A DNA stretch of 64,000 nt from Rhizophagus irregularis. Its lineage: Eukaryota. The notes beneath the pieces were generated by a model. It had not been told where the DNA came from. It saw nothing but the letters and a program-made list of their open reading frames with translations, and ran no database searches. The stretch lies in the NCBI RefSeq assembly GCF_026210795.1, contig NC_089429.1:5146001-5210000 (forward strand). Reading direction: 5' to 3'. This document shows, piece after piece, positions 24,619-39,193 of this stretch. The position numbers and the translations under genes were made by a program. How positions within the stretch are numbered: the stretch's first letter is position 1; each line of letters begins with the position of its first letter.

Positions 24619-26597
24619 TCATGCCATCTGATTATTTAAAACAGGTTCTATACAATTTTTTAATTCTCTAATAAATGTACCAGTTTGTTCTATATTACCT
24701 GTCTCTTCTACTCTCCAATACATATCACGAACTCTTTCCATTAATTCACTTACAGCTAACCGTCTGTTCTCTGTTGCTTTTTCAGCTTCAGTCATCCTAG
24801 GCACCTCCAAATCAACCAACCCACGAGAAATATATATGTCAAATCCAGCTTCATCAAACATTCGCTGAAATTTCTCCCATACATCAGATGTTAAGAGTTT
24901 TGTAACGCCATACGCATGTTCATGGAATATATGATGGCAAGGTAATAAGTACCGATGAAAAAACAAGCAATAACAATGTAAAGAGGTAAGACCTGGTGCT
25001 GATTTTCCTTTTTCCATTCATGCACAAAACTCACTAATGAGCATTTGTTAAACAGGAAACGGAAATTTGTGAATTTCTTGAAGAATATCATCATCAACAC
25101 CAACAGCTGAAATTCTTTTAACACGAAATTCATAAGCAACATGCTCTGAGTCAGAACATTTTTTCTTATCAAGTTCGACTATCTTATGACATGCACCTAT
25201 TGGAATTTTGATTAGATGTAGTTATGAAAATCATAAACAAAAATATATACCAATTAAACCATGTTGCGGGGAGGTTAGACTCTTTAATTCACTGTGATAC
25301 GACTCTAAGGCATTTGTTGAGGTCACCTGTAAAAGAAGAGGAAAATGTTGTCGTGCCCAGAGTGCCCACTGATGTATATTTTTTGTGTAATTTCTAGTGA
25401 TGTAATTTTTGATGGTCGTAATTGAGCATTCATTGATAGCTTGTTGGACAAGATCTTCACAGCCGATCTTAGTTCTTTTGTGCATAGCATGAATCATCTT
25501 TTGTCGCATTTTTTTATCATAAATTTTATTCATCCAGGTTCGCATGATATGTACTGTGCAAAAAATAACATCACAATCTTGTTCACCATTTTTAAGACCC
25601 GGAAAAGCCATCCTGATGCTATTAGATTCTATGTTACTTTGGTCAGAGAGAAAATATCTTGGGCTCCAGTGGCGTGCAAATCGTCTAACAATTTTTAAAC
25701 CTTCCGCGATGGTAACACTATCTTCCTTACTTACAAAGACAACATTCCAACACCCATAATAATCACGAATATATAAGGTGAATAAGCGGCAATCATACCT
25801 ATTAGTTTTGTGTGTGGAGTCTATAAGAGTTAACCAGCCATGTTGCTCAAGATTTTTGAGCTGTTTGGGATGCATGAAAACAAAACCATAGGTAGATAGG
25901 TGGGAGATTTCATAATACTCGACCAAATATTCTTGATTTTTTAAGAAAAAAATAGAATCCTGGATATCTAACTTTAGATCAGAATTACCAACAAGATGTG
26001 CATCAAGAGCCCACGTACTTTATACTTGATATTTGTAACTTCCTTCCGTCTCAATTCTTTTACACTTTCTCCTAAATCCAACTTTTCAGTTGCGTATTCC
26101 TTCACTGCATTAACAATTTCTGGTGGTCGATAATTCTTTATGGCTTCTTGCATAACTAAATTCTGAACAGTCTGTGAGCGCTTAAGCTTTTCACTCTCCT
26201 CCAAAGTATGTGAATGATCAGGCGAGTCTTTAAATCGTTCTATTAGTACTTTCTGTTCAGAAGCATAACGGTAAACTTTGATTTTTGCGAAACACAAGTT
26301 AGCCGATCTGATTTTTGTTACACGACGTTTTTCCTGTGAAATTTCCTCCTTTCGAGTACTTGATTTCTTAGGTTTATTAAATCGACAAATAAAAACTTCC
26401 CACAAATTACCATTAACATTATTTTTATGGCTAAAATTAGTCCATATATTTGATACAAGAGGCCACCACTCTTTATCAAATTCTTCTATTGAAAGCTCAA
26501 GTGGTTGTTCAACATTAAAAAGAAGATTACGCTTTTGATTAGGGGTTGGAGCTTCAGATACGGGTATGTTTATTATATTAGAAGCAAACGGCGTCAT
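24619..26597 (-). pseudogene. Degenerate second MULE transposase
   Basis: Frameshifted pieces with IDSTHKTNRY, FLSDQS, CTVH, TNALESYH and SWIM-like HCYCLFFHRYLLPCHH. Termini not resolved. Confidence 0.85.
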
Positions 26598-26803
26598 TGA
26601 TTATTTTTAGTGGGTTAATAATAAACGAAAGTGTTTTTAAAAAAAATTTTCAAAGAAAAAAAAAACTAAAGGAAAGAAGTCTATATTAAATTTATTTCGT
26701 TAATAAATATTCGCTAGCAAATGTAATATAGGTGAGATTTTTTTTCTTAGACTTTCTGTCATTTAATAGCAAAAAACATGGAAGTCTTTAGCAACTACAT
26801 AGA

Positions 26804-29637
26804 GAGGACCCCGGATAATTATAATAAAGGTCATATGCAAAAAAAGTATATAATTTTGCGTTTTTAATGGAAAGGTCATATGAAAAAACGGGTATTTTAA
26901 GAAAATGTTACATGCCAAAATAGAGTACCACCAAATTAGGTCACAGTAAAAAAAGTATATAATTTTAGACAAAATTTTAAGGTCACATGTAATTTTTCTA
27001 ATAAAAGCGTATATTTTAGGATTATCATATGCAGTGTTACATCAATTTTCAATATAATTATATAAATAACGAGAAAAATCCATCTTTTACTTTGTGATAA
27101 ATTTACCGCAATGTAATAAATTTATCAAATTTACTTTATATTATCCATGATAAACTTACCAGGAATTCAATATGTTTTACCATTTATTACTTTTAAAATG
27201 TTAAGACACATACGCGTCTTAACTTTATCTTTTACGTTATTATATATCAATATCAACACAAAATGAATAGTAAAAATCTTGAACAACTTTTAAACATTAA
27301 TAAATTTCTCTCTACAACTCCTCCTCCTAATATTCATTCTGTTCAAGATTATGTTTCAACTATTAATATATCCGGTATCTTTTCTATTACTTTTGACACT
27401 CCTCACGAAACTCTTCCTCCATTAACAAATATTGATAATACTGCTGAAAAAATCCTCCATTTGCAATATCCACATTTAACTTCTGCAGCTGTATTTTCTA
27501 ATGGAGATTGTTTATTAAATTCTATATCTCTAATTTTTAATGCAAACCAAATGTTAGCATTACAATTTAGACTAGCTATGGTTGTAGAATTGATGAAATT
27601 TTCAAATTTTTATCTTAGTCAAAAAATTTTTGAACAAGATTATTATTTTTCCGATATAGCTTTAAATTCAGCCAAAAATTCAGATATGCCGACTACATAT
27701 AATAAAGAAAGAGAATATATTAGTGAAATTGCTTATATATCTAAGCCACATCAGTTTTGTTCAATTATCGGATTATATGGCTTAGCATCAGTAATTCAAA
27801 GACCGATAATGTCAATATATCCTCCAACTGTTTCTCAACTAATTAGTTCATTGTATAATAAATTAATTGAACCACGAATTAAAGCTTATGATGAACCTAT
27901 TATGATAATGTGGACACCATCAAGTGGAAAGTGGAATATTAATGATCCTTTACCACAAACAGATCATTTTGTTCCAATCTTCAAAAGAAATTCACCACCT
28001 TCACCTGATCAAAAATATTGATATTGAAATGCGTGATGTTCAATCTGATGAAAATGAAAATATACCTTTCAATATTCTTGAATCAGAAAAATGTATGAGT
28101 GATGGTTCTGATATAGTGGAATTTAACTCAAATGTTGATGATAATGATGGTGAATCATCATCATCATCGTATACTACTAATAATGAAAAAAATGTTAGGA
28201 AAAAGCAAACGCGAAATAGTCAAAAGCGAATAACGAAACTTGATCATATTAAAGTAAGTATCAGAATTCAAGATAATTAATCTATTCATAGTTAATTTAT
28301 GATGCTAATAATTATTCAATTTTTTTTTATTAATTAGGATAAAAGATTACAAAATCATCCGAAAGTTAATAAGATTATTACTCGCAATGAAGTTCAATGT
28401 AAATGTGGAAAGATAATCAGATTGCATCGAGCTTATAATTCAAGAAATTTAGAAAAACATAGTAAAACTAGTAACTGTTTATTAACAGAAGGAATACGTC
28501 CACTCACAAGTTATTTTGTAAATTCTACAAAATCTCACCAAATTTCATGTATTGGATTGAGAGACGAGAAGCACTTAGAATATTTACAAAGAATTGGTGG
28601 AATTATACATTATGGTGGTGCACCACGTGTTGAAGTATTGGCAAAAGAATTATTTCCAATAAAATTTGACAAAAATTTTAGTTGGAAAAGGTTGACAAAT
28701 AATGAAAAAATCAAATTAGAGAATGAGTTAGTTGCAAGGGCAAAATGGCGCAACGATTTTAATTCTAATTGTATTCGAAGTGTAAAATGTAAAATTACAA
28801 CAACAAACAAAGGAAGAATTTGTAAAAAATGTATGAAGTTAAATAGTAACAAAATTTTAATGGTATTTATTAAAATTATAAATAATGAAAATTATTAAAT
28901 TTAATTTTATATTAATTACATTACATATTATATTATTAGAATGCAATTGAACGGCCAATTCCAAAAATAGAGAATCGAAAATTTACACCAAAATTTATAA
29001 TTAAAAAAAATCCGATCTTCAAATACTTAAATGACTCTAATCTGAATGAACTTTATTATTCAGTAGATTCAAAGCAAGACTCATTTTGGCCAATATTAGC
29101 AGAAAAAGGACGGCAAGGAGTATTCAAAAATAAAAAAGTTTTTGAAGGACTTTGTAAAGTTATGCTGGAAATAGCTAATCGTGAACAAAATAATAAAGGA
29201 AATCAAAATTTGCAATATACCGAAAACTTTGCAAATTTTACAACTATTTTGGCATCATTGGGAACAAGAGGATATGAACTGTTTAAGTAAAATTTAGCTG
29301 GACGTACACTTCGTAATATTAGGTAATTGTGCTTATTTTTGCAAATATAATACAATTTTATTCTGTATTATCATCTAACAATGTTTTATTATAAGATTAC
29401 ATCATGCACAATCAGACGATGCAATTATTAATACAGAACTTTGTTATGAGAATATGGTGCGATTTAAAAAATTTGCCGATTCATTAAATTACAATGGCCC
29501 AGTTGCTGCTATGACAGATAACACTAAATTAAAAGAACGTCTTAGTTATTCAGCAACTTTAGGCTGTGTTATTGGATCAACTTTATCAACTTCAGAAACA
29601 AAAGCATCAAATTATAAAGAAATCATTGCAATTATTG
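26804..29637 (+). mobile_element. P-element-like transposon 5' portion, left arm of an inverted duplication (OTU-like protease plus transposase N-half)
   Basis: Near-identical inverted copy of 36358-39193. NGDCLLNSIS...DHFVP (OTU-like Cys/His) and AMTDNTKL. Extra frameshift at about 28015 and stop at 29288. Confidence 0.7.
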
Positions 29638-32284
29638 CCCTATAAAAAATATATATACAGTTAGTATACTGTATTTTCGTATTTTGTGAACAGTATATTT
29701 ATAGTATTATTACCGTATAATTACAGTATTTTCACATACTGTATATATTCGGTATTCTGCACACCGTATCATATATACGGTTTGCATACAGTATATTTTT
29801 CCAGTTTCACCCGTATGTTTTATACTTGTAAACAGTAGAAAAACTGTATGTTTTATACTAATAAACAGTATATTGTTTTATATTTTATATTGCGAACAGT
29901 ATACTTTTCCAGGATAAACTGTATATTTTATACTGATAAACAGTACTTTTTCCAGTTTAAACTGCATATTTTGTACTGATAAATAGTATATATTATTCAA
30001 TTAAATCGTATATTTTATATTTGCAAACAGAATTTAAAATGCATTTATAATCAATAAAATTTTTATTAAATAATATTAAATATACAAATATATTTTTATA
30101 AATAATATAAATAAAAAACTAGTATAAAATAATATACTATTTGTAAAAAAAATAATATTAGCAAAATATAAACAAAAAAAAAGAAATTTAATTAGTAATA
30201 TTATCATTATTTTAAATATAAAAAAGGAATAATAAAAGGTTAGTAAAAAAAAAAAAAATTTAATTAGTAATATTATCATTATTTTAAATATAAAAAAGAA
30301 ATAATAAAAAGTTAGTAATATTATTAATATATTAGTTAGATATAAAAAAGTAATAAAACGATAGTAGTAATGTTAATAATATATTAAAAAAATTAAATAA
30401 AATACATAAAAGTAAAAAAAAATATAATTAATATATGTTAACATATAATATTAATATAAAAATAAAAACATAAAACGGTGTACATATAGTTGTTTAATTA
30501 ATATTGTTAAAATTCACCATTACAATTCCAGAGAGATATTAGTGAAAGTAATTGTTAATTGATATACGTGCATATCACTTTTTGTATAATTAGTAGTTTG
30601 GTACAAATATATATATTATATATTATCAAAATAAGTTTTTTATTTAATTTTTATTATTATATGTTAAAATAATTTTGGTATTCATTTTTATTGTCTTTTT
30701 TTTTCTAAAAAAAAAGAAGAGAAAAGAATATTTTTAAAAAAATAAACAAAAAATAAACAATAACGTGTTATTAATGCATGTGATCAGCGATCAGCTGAAT
30801 TTTAATTGGTTAAATGTAGAAATGCGAAAATTAAAAAGCAGAAGTATTTTTTTTAAAATTTAAATCATACAGATTGTTTTTAAAGTTTAATTAGTAATTT
30901 AAAAGTTCTTTTTTTTAATAAGAAAATTTGTAAAAATTTTTCTTAATACTGCTTAATTTTTAAATTAAAGCCTTAATACTAAATTAGCTAAATTAGAATT
31001 AAGAAAAATTTGTGAGAATTTTCTTTGATACTGCTTAATTTTTAAATTAAAGCTTTAATATTAAATTAGTTAAATTAGAATTAAGCAGTATTAAGAAAAA
31101 TTCGCAAGAATTTTCCTTGATACTGCTTAATTTTTAAATTAAAGCCTTAATACTACTAAATTAGTTAAATTAGAATTAACATATGGACTGATTTATGGAA
31201 TTAAGTTTTTATATTCAAAAAACTAACTTTATTAAGAAAATGCTAATACAATTTACATGAAAATGATAGATTCACACCGCTGATATAAATAAAATTGATT
31301 TGATTATATTATTTTTTGATTTTTTTAATAATATCATTAAAATTAAAAAATTTAAATATAATTGTCATGACAAAATATTGAATAACTTAACGTGTATGTG
31401 TGCTAGACGAATGAATTTTATATTCATTAGAAAGAGGTAATCAAGAGCTATCCATAAACCAAATATCACATGAATTGGATCACAAGTTGCTGAATAATTA
31501 CGTTCAATATATTTATTTTTAACCTTTGACTTTGATCGTTAATATCTTCACATCTAGTAATTCGATTTGAATAATCTTTTTTCGTTCAGGTAGAGTAGAT
31601 TCTGGGCTTTCATATGAATATAAATATATGTGTTTAGCATACATATACGCCGAGATATTAACGATTTTGTTAATTGAATAAAACTCTGACACAAAAATTT
31701 TTAAAATTATAATTCTTACCAAAAGATGATCTTTACAGGTATTATTGGGCTCTTTTTACTTTACTTAACAAGTTTTTATTTGCCATTTCTGTTTTAAATT
31801 GAATAAATTAATAAAATCAATTTTAAAAAGTAATTAACAAGTAGAATAAAATTAGTATAGTAAAAAACAAAAAAAAACATCTCAAAAACTCTAAATCATA
31901 ACTCACATTTTTATTTTGTATATATTTTTACTAAAAAAAAGAAGGAAATAAGGTTAAAAATAAATGAAAAAAGATTTTTCTTATTAATAAAAATTATTAA
32001 TATTTGTTTTCTTACTTACTGATTAAAAAAAACCTGCTATATATGCCTATAAACTTTTCTAAGTCACCTAACAACAAAAATCTGATTGAAAAGTGATTGA
32101 AAAGTGATTGAAAAAGAAAGTAGTTGCCATTGTTATTTTTGAATAAACGTTAAAAATTTTTTTTATTTTTTGATAGATTTAGATCATCTGATTATGTAAC
32201 ACATACAATTTAAGCTTGTGAAACATAATTCTTGTTAAAATGTGCAAATCTTTATGTTTGGCTAATTTCACGAATTGGCAGATA

Positions 32285-32915
32285 TAAGCAGTATTAAGAA
32301 AAATTCGCAAGAATTTTCCTTGATACTGCTTAATTTTTAAATCAAAGCCTTAATACTAAATTAGTTAAATTAAAATTAAGCACAATAAGCAGTATTAAGA
32401 AAAATTCGCAAGAATTTTCCTTGATACTGCTTAATTTTTAAATTAAAGCCTTAATACTAAATTAGTTAAATTAGAATTAAGCAGTATTAAGAAAAATTCG
32501 CAAGAATTTTCCTTGATACTGCTTAATTTTTAAATTAAAGCCTTAATACTAAATTAGTTAAATTAGAATTAAGCAGTATTAAGAAAAATTCGCAAAGAAT
32601 TTTCCTTGATACTGCTTAATTTTTAAATTAAAGCCTTAATACTAAATTAGTTAAATTAGAATTAAGCACAATAAGCAGTATTAAGAAAAATTCGCAAGAA
32701 TTTTCCTTGATACTGCTTAATTTTTAAATTAAAGCCTTAATACTAAATTAGTTAAATTAGAATTAAGCAGTATTAAGAAAAATTCGCAAGAATTTTCCTT
32801 GATACTGCTTAATTTTTAAATTAAAACCTTAATACTAAATTAATTAAATTAGAATTAAGTAGTATTAAGAAAAATTCATGAGAATTTTCCTTAATACTGC
32901 TTAATTTTTAAATTA
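32285..32915. repeat. Tandem ~92-bp repeat with an internal palindrome; more copies at about 30940-31180
   Basis: aagcagtattaagaaaaattc-gcaa-gaattttccttgatactgctt repeated about 6.5 times. Confidence 0.9.
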
Positions 32916-33439
32916 TAATTTATAAAAATGATTCATAATTGAGTTTTGAATTTAGTATTATCAATCGGACTTTGAACTTAAAAATTAAACAGTATTAACA
33001 AAAATTCTTGTGAATTTTTTAATAATTGTGATTTTACATCAGTGAATTTTTGGGTAGTACATATTAGCAGATACTAGTATTGTTTGATGCTTTAAAGTGT
33101 AGAAAAACTTACTCTATCACACGTCAAATAAATAAAAAATTGGCTGATTTTAGCTATATTTGTCCGATTTGTGACTTTTTACAGCTGTATTACCAATTCT
33201 TAACCACATTTTTCAGTTTTTTCACTATACAAAAAAATTGTATATACATTATGAAATATATATTTTTATAAAAAATTATATTGTAATATTGAATTAAAAT
33301 TTAAAAAATATTTTATTAAGCAATATTAAATAAAAAACTAATCTTAAATAATTAAATTTTAAACAAAATATATTAAGAATATAAATTTACTTGTAATTTA
33401 ATGTAATACGCACAATTATAAAAAATTAATAACTCCACA

Positions 33440-34650
33440 AATATTAACTGTACCTTCATTAAAATAAATATTCAAGTAGATTCTAAGCTGCTGAACAATT
33501 TTTAATTAATAAAAGAAGTCGATTTACTTTGGCTAAAGTGCTTAAAATACGCTCTGAAGTAACAAAATGGAAAAAATAAAATTCGTAAATGAGTACCGTT
33601 GTGAAAATCGTGAATAACTCATCAAGTATTAACTGTACCTTCGTAAAAATTAATATCCAAGTAGATTTTGACCTGCTGAACAACATTCAATTAATAAAAG
33701 AAGTCGATTTACTTTGACTAAAGTGCTCAAAATACGCTCTGAAGTGACAAAACGGAAAAAAATAAAATTCGTAAATAAGTACTGTTGTGAAAATCGTGAA
33801 TAACTCATCAAGTATTAACTGTACCTTCGTAAAATTAATATCCAAGTAGATTTTGACATGCTAAACAACTTTCAATTAATAAAAGAAGTCGATTTACTTT
33901 GACTAAAGTGCTCAAAATACGCTCTGAAGTGACAAAACGGAAAAAAATAAAATTCGTAAATGAGTACCATTGTGAAAATCGTGAATAACTCATCAAGTAT
34001 TAACTGTACCTTCGTGAAAATTAATATTCAAGTAGATTTTGACATGCTAAACAACTTTCAATTAATAAAAGAAGTCGATTTACTTTGACTAAAGTGCTCA
34101 AAATACGCTCTGAAGTGACAAAACGAAAAAAAATAAAATTCGTAAATGAGTACCATTGTGAAAATCGTGAATAACTCATCAAGTATTAACTGTACCTTCG
34201 TGAAAATTAATATTCAAGTAGATTTTGACATGCTAAACAACTTTCAATTAATATAAGAAGTTGGTTTACTATGGATAAAGTGCTCAAAATACGCTCTGAA
34301 GTGACAAAATGAAAAAAATAAAAGTCGGGAATGAGTACTGTTGTGAAAATTGTAAATAACTCATCAAGTATTAACTGTACCTTCGTGAAAATTAATATTC
34401 AAGTAGATTTTAATCTGCCGAACAACTTACAATTAACATAAGAAGTTGATTTACTTTGGCTAAAAATCTCAAAATACGCTCTGAAGGTAAAAAAATTTGT
34501 AACTTAATACTACTGTATAATATAAAAAATGTAAATAATTCCAAAAATATTAACTGTACTTTTATGATCTTAACAGTTTTAAACTTACTAAACTACTTTT
34601 AATTAAAAGAATAAGATTTACTTCAGCCAAAATGCTCAAACCATACTTTG
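33440..34650. repeat. Tandem ~186-bp repeat, about 6 copies
   Basis: The anchor aagtattaactgtaccttcgt recurs at 33624, 33810, 33995, 34181 and 34366. Confidence 0.9.
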
Positions 34651-35381
34651 AAATATATGTAAAAAAAATATAATATTTGTTTATATTTTAAATTATGAGT
34701 TATTTAATTTAAATGTATTTATATTTAAGAAAAAAAATATTTTAATTCTATTTTATAAAGTATTTAAAAAGTATTTTAGTAAAGTTTTTAAGGCAAAAAA
34801 AATAATTATAACTGAAATAAAAAAAAAAATCTAAGTTAATAAATAAATATTAAACCGTAATACATAATCACATGTTATATATTAAAATCGAAAAATTCTA
34901 TTACAAATAACCAAAAATCGGCAATTTCATGTTAAAAATCAGAAATATTATATTAAAATCAGAAATATTTATTAAAATCGGAAATATTATATTAAAATTA
35001 CCAAAAAATCAGACAGCCATATTAAAAAGGGCAAAAATCTGATTTTTATTTATTTGACCTGTGTATATCTGTAGAAAATACGTTATAAACGTATGAATTT
35101 TAATATACTGTAGAATAATACGTATACCGTATCCTTTATTTACAATATTTTTGTGAACCGTATACAAAATACTGATATACAGTAGAAATGATATACGTTA
35201 TAGACGTATGAATTTAATATACCGTATCACACAGTATGTTTACTGTATACTTTATTGTATTTTTTACTAAGCACATTTTGCGAACAGTATACATTATACT
35301 GATATGCCGTATGTAAAAATGCAAACTGTATCAAAAATACGTATATACAGTATAAAAACCGTATACATATTTTTTATAGGG

Positions 35382-38300
35382 TAATAATAATACTTACTAA
35401 TGATTCTGCCAAACTGATAAATATTTTAAAAGTTTGGGGAGCAAGAAAATTTTTTTTTATATCTATAATATTTGGATAAATTTTTTGAATGTGTTCAATA
35501 TGATTTTTCCACATATGAAGAAAAAAATAAGCTAACATCGCCATTCGTAATCTTTCATTATGTGAAATTGTACGACTTTGATATGCATCAATCAATTCAC
35601 CTAAAAAAGTAAATTTCGATTAAAATTATAAACAATTATATATAAATAAATAATATATTTACCAATTATAAAAAGATAAATAAATAAACCATCTTTACTA
35701 TGATCTTGTGATTTATTTTGATTATACACTTGTTTTAAGAATGATGAACAAAAAATCCGGTATGCAGCACCGTCATCTTGACGATCTGCATTTTCTACAT
35801 CACGCTTGTATAATACACTATCAGGCATTTTACTAAGCATAAGTATTTGATCATATCTTGCAGTTACAGTTCCTAATGTAAGTAATCGAGCACCAGAGAA
35901 TAATGCATTTCTACCACTTTTTTTCCCATGTTTGGAATCTTGAATGCGAATTATTGGGCCAATATTAGGAAAAACTGGACACATAAACTTAATATTATAT
36001 AGCTTATCTTCGAAAATAATTTTTTCTGTAGTTAATGTATTAATTAGCATTGATTGCGAATTAAATTCATTTGCTGCTCCATCTGATCCAAAAGAAATAA
36101 TATTAATTTTCAATTGTGCTGCGTATTCTAGAATTTTTTGATGATATGTAAGAATGTCTGCAGCTTTTTCTTTATTGTTATTTGGAATTAAACCAATAAC
36201 TATTGGTGGGATTTTGGGTAAAGGAATTTAAAATAAAAAAATAGAAATCAATGTTTTATTTAACTTAAAATATAATTGAAAAAAATATTAATAATAAATA
36301 CTTGGAGCAAATAAACTCGAACTTGTTTTGCTATAGCATTTTTGACCTTTATTTTATCAATAATTGCAATGATTTCTTTATAATTTGATGCTTTTGTTTC
36401 TGAAGTTGATAAAGTTGATCCAATAACACAGCCTAAAGTTGCTGAATAACTAAGACGTTCTTTTAATTTAGTGTTATCTGTCATAGCAGCAACTGGGCCA
36501 TTGTAATTTAATGAATCGGCAAATCTTTTAAATCGCACTATATTCTCATAACAAAGTTCTGTATTAATAATTGCATCGTCTGATTGTGCATGATGTAATC
36601 TTATAATAAAACATTGTTAGATGATAATACAGAATAAAATTGTATTATATTTGCAAAAATAAGCACAATTACCTAATATTACGAAGTGTACGTCCAGCTA
36701 AATTTTACTTAAACAGTTCATATCCTCTTGTTCCCAATGATGCCAAAATAGTTGTAAAATTTGCAAAGTTTTCGGTATATTGCAAATTTTGATTTCCTTT
36801 ATTATTTTGTTCACGATTAGCTATTTCCAGCATAACTTTACAAAGTCCTTCAAAAACTTTTTTATTTTTGAATACTCCTTGCCGTCCTTTTTCTGCTAAT
36901 ATTGGCCAAAATGAGTCTTGCTTTGAATCTACTGAATAATAAAGTTCATTCAGATTAGAGTCATTTAAGTATTTGAAGATCGGATTTTTTTTAATTATAA
37001 ATTTTGGTGTAAATTTTCGATTCTCTATTTTTGGAATTGGCCGTTCAATTGCATTCTAATAATATAATATGTAATGTAATTAATATAAAATTAAATTTAA
37101 TAATTTTCATTATTTATAATTTTAATAAATACCATTAAAATTTTGTTACTATTTAACTTCATACATTTTTTACAAATTCTTCCTTTGTTTGTTGTTGTAA
37201 TTTTACATTTTACACTTCGAATACAATTAGAATTAAAATCGTTGCGCCATTTTGCCCTTGCAACTAACTCATTCTCTAATTTGATTTTTTCATTATTTGT
37301 CAACCTTTTCCAACTAAAATTTTTGTCAAATTTTATTGGAAATAATTCTTTTGCTAATACTTCAACACGTGGTGCACCACCATAATGTATAATTCCACCA
37401 ATTCTTTGTAAATATTCTAAGTGCTTCTCGTCTCTCAATCCAATACATGAAATTTGGTGAGATTTTGTAGAATTTACAAAATAACTTGTGAGTGGACGTA
37501 TTCCTTCTGTTAATAAACAGTTACTAGTTTTACTATGTTTTTCTAAATTTCTTGAATTATAAGCTCGATGCAATCTGATTATCTTTCCACATTTACATTG
37601 AACTTCATTGCGAGTAATAATCTTATTAACTTTCGGATGATTTTGTAATCTTTTATCCTAATTAATAAAAAAAAATTGAATAATTATTAGCATCATAAAT
37701 TAACTATGAATAGATTAATTATCTTGAATTCTGATACTTACTTTAATATGATCAAGTTTCGTTATTCGCTTTTGACTATTTCGCGTTTGCTTTTTCCTAA
37801 CATTTTTTTCATTATTAGTAGTATACGATGATGATGATGATGATTCACCATCATTATCATCAACATTTGAGTTAAATTCCACTATATCAGAACCATCACT
37901 CATACATTTTTCTGATTCAAGAATATTGAAAGGTATATTTTCATTTTCATCAGATTGAACATCACGCATTTCAATATCAATATTTTGATCAGGTGAAGGT
38001 GGTGAATTTCTTTTGAAGATTGGAACAAAATGATCTGTTTGTGGTAAAGGATCATTAATATTCCACTTTCCACTTGATGGTGTCCACATTATCATAATAG
38101 GTTCATCATAAGCTTTAATTCGTGGTTCAATTAATTTATTATACAATGAACTAATTAGTTGAGAAACAGTTGGAGGATATATTGACATTATCGGTCTTTG
38201 AATTACTGATGCTAAGCCATATAATCCGATAATTGAACAAAACTGATGTGGCTTAGATATATAAGCAATTTCACTAATATATTCTCTTTCTTTATTATAT

Positions 38301-39193
38301 GTAGTCGGCATATCTGAATTTTTGGCTGAATTTAAAGCTATATCGGAAAAATAATAATCTTGTTCAAAAATTTTTTGACTAAGATAAAAATTTGAAAATT
38401 TCATCAATTCTACAACCATAGCTAGTCTAAATTGTAATGCTAACATTTGGTTTGCATTAAAAATTAGAGATATAGAATTTAATAAACAATCTCCATTAGA
38501 AAATACAGCTGCAGAAGTTAAATGTGGATATTGCAAATGGAGGATTTTTTCAGCAGTATTATCAATATTTGTTAATGGAGGAAGAGTTTCGTGAGGAGTG
38601 TCAAAAGTAATAGAAAAGATACCGGATATATTAATAGTTGAAACATAATCTTGAACAGAATGAATATTAGGAGGAGGAGTTGTAGAGAGAAATTTATTAA
38701 TGTTTAAAAGTTGTTCAAGATTTTTACTATTCATTTTGTGTTGATATTGATATATAATAACGTAAAAGATAAAGTTAAGACGCGTATGTGTCTTAACATT
38801 TTAAAAGTAATAAATGGTAAAACATATTGAATTCCTGGTAAGTTTATCATGGATAATATAAAGTAAATTTGATAAATTTATTACATTGCGGTAAATTTAT
38901 CACAAAGTAAAAGATGGATTTTTCTCGTTATTTATATAATTATATTGAAAATTGATGTAACACTGCATATGATAATCCTAAAATATACGCTTTTATTAGA
39001 AAAATTACATGTGACCTTAAAATTTTGTCTAAAATTATATACTTTTTTTACTGTGACCTAATTTGGTGGTACTCTATTTTGGCATGTAACATTTTCTTAA
39101 AATACCCGTTTTTTCATATGACCTTTCCATTAAAAACGCAAAATTATATACTTTTTTTGCATATGACCTTTATTATAATTATACGGGGTCCTG
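35382..39193 (-). mobile_element. P-element-like transposon 5' portion, right arm; spliced OTU-like protease plus DDE transposase, truncated
   Basis: Terminus CAGGACCCCG at 39193; gene from 38734. Motifs AMTDNTKL, SFGSDGA, IQDSKHGKKSGRN (DxxH..K..RN as in P/THAP9-type transposases) and DRQDDGAA. Cut at 35382 by the central element. Confidence 0.7.

Larger units (their letters stand above)
29638..35381. mobile_element. 5.7-kb non-coding TIR element with CCC...GGG ends and internal satellite arrays
   Basis: TIR CCCTATAAAAAATAT(A/G)TATAC(A/G)G; subterminal TACTG/CAGTA/TACCG motifs; no matching TSD; no credible ORF. Confidence 0.8.

Noticed and set aside
26804..39193. A single intact transposon with 2.8-kb TIRs
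   Set aside because: No TSD (flanks tacataga and aattagta), the arms are truncated gene copies, and the centre is a separate TIR element.
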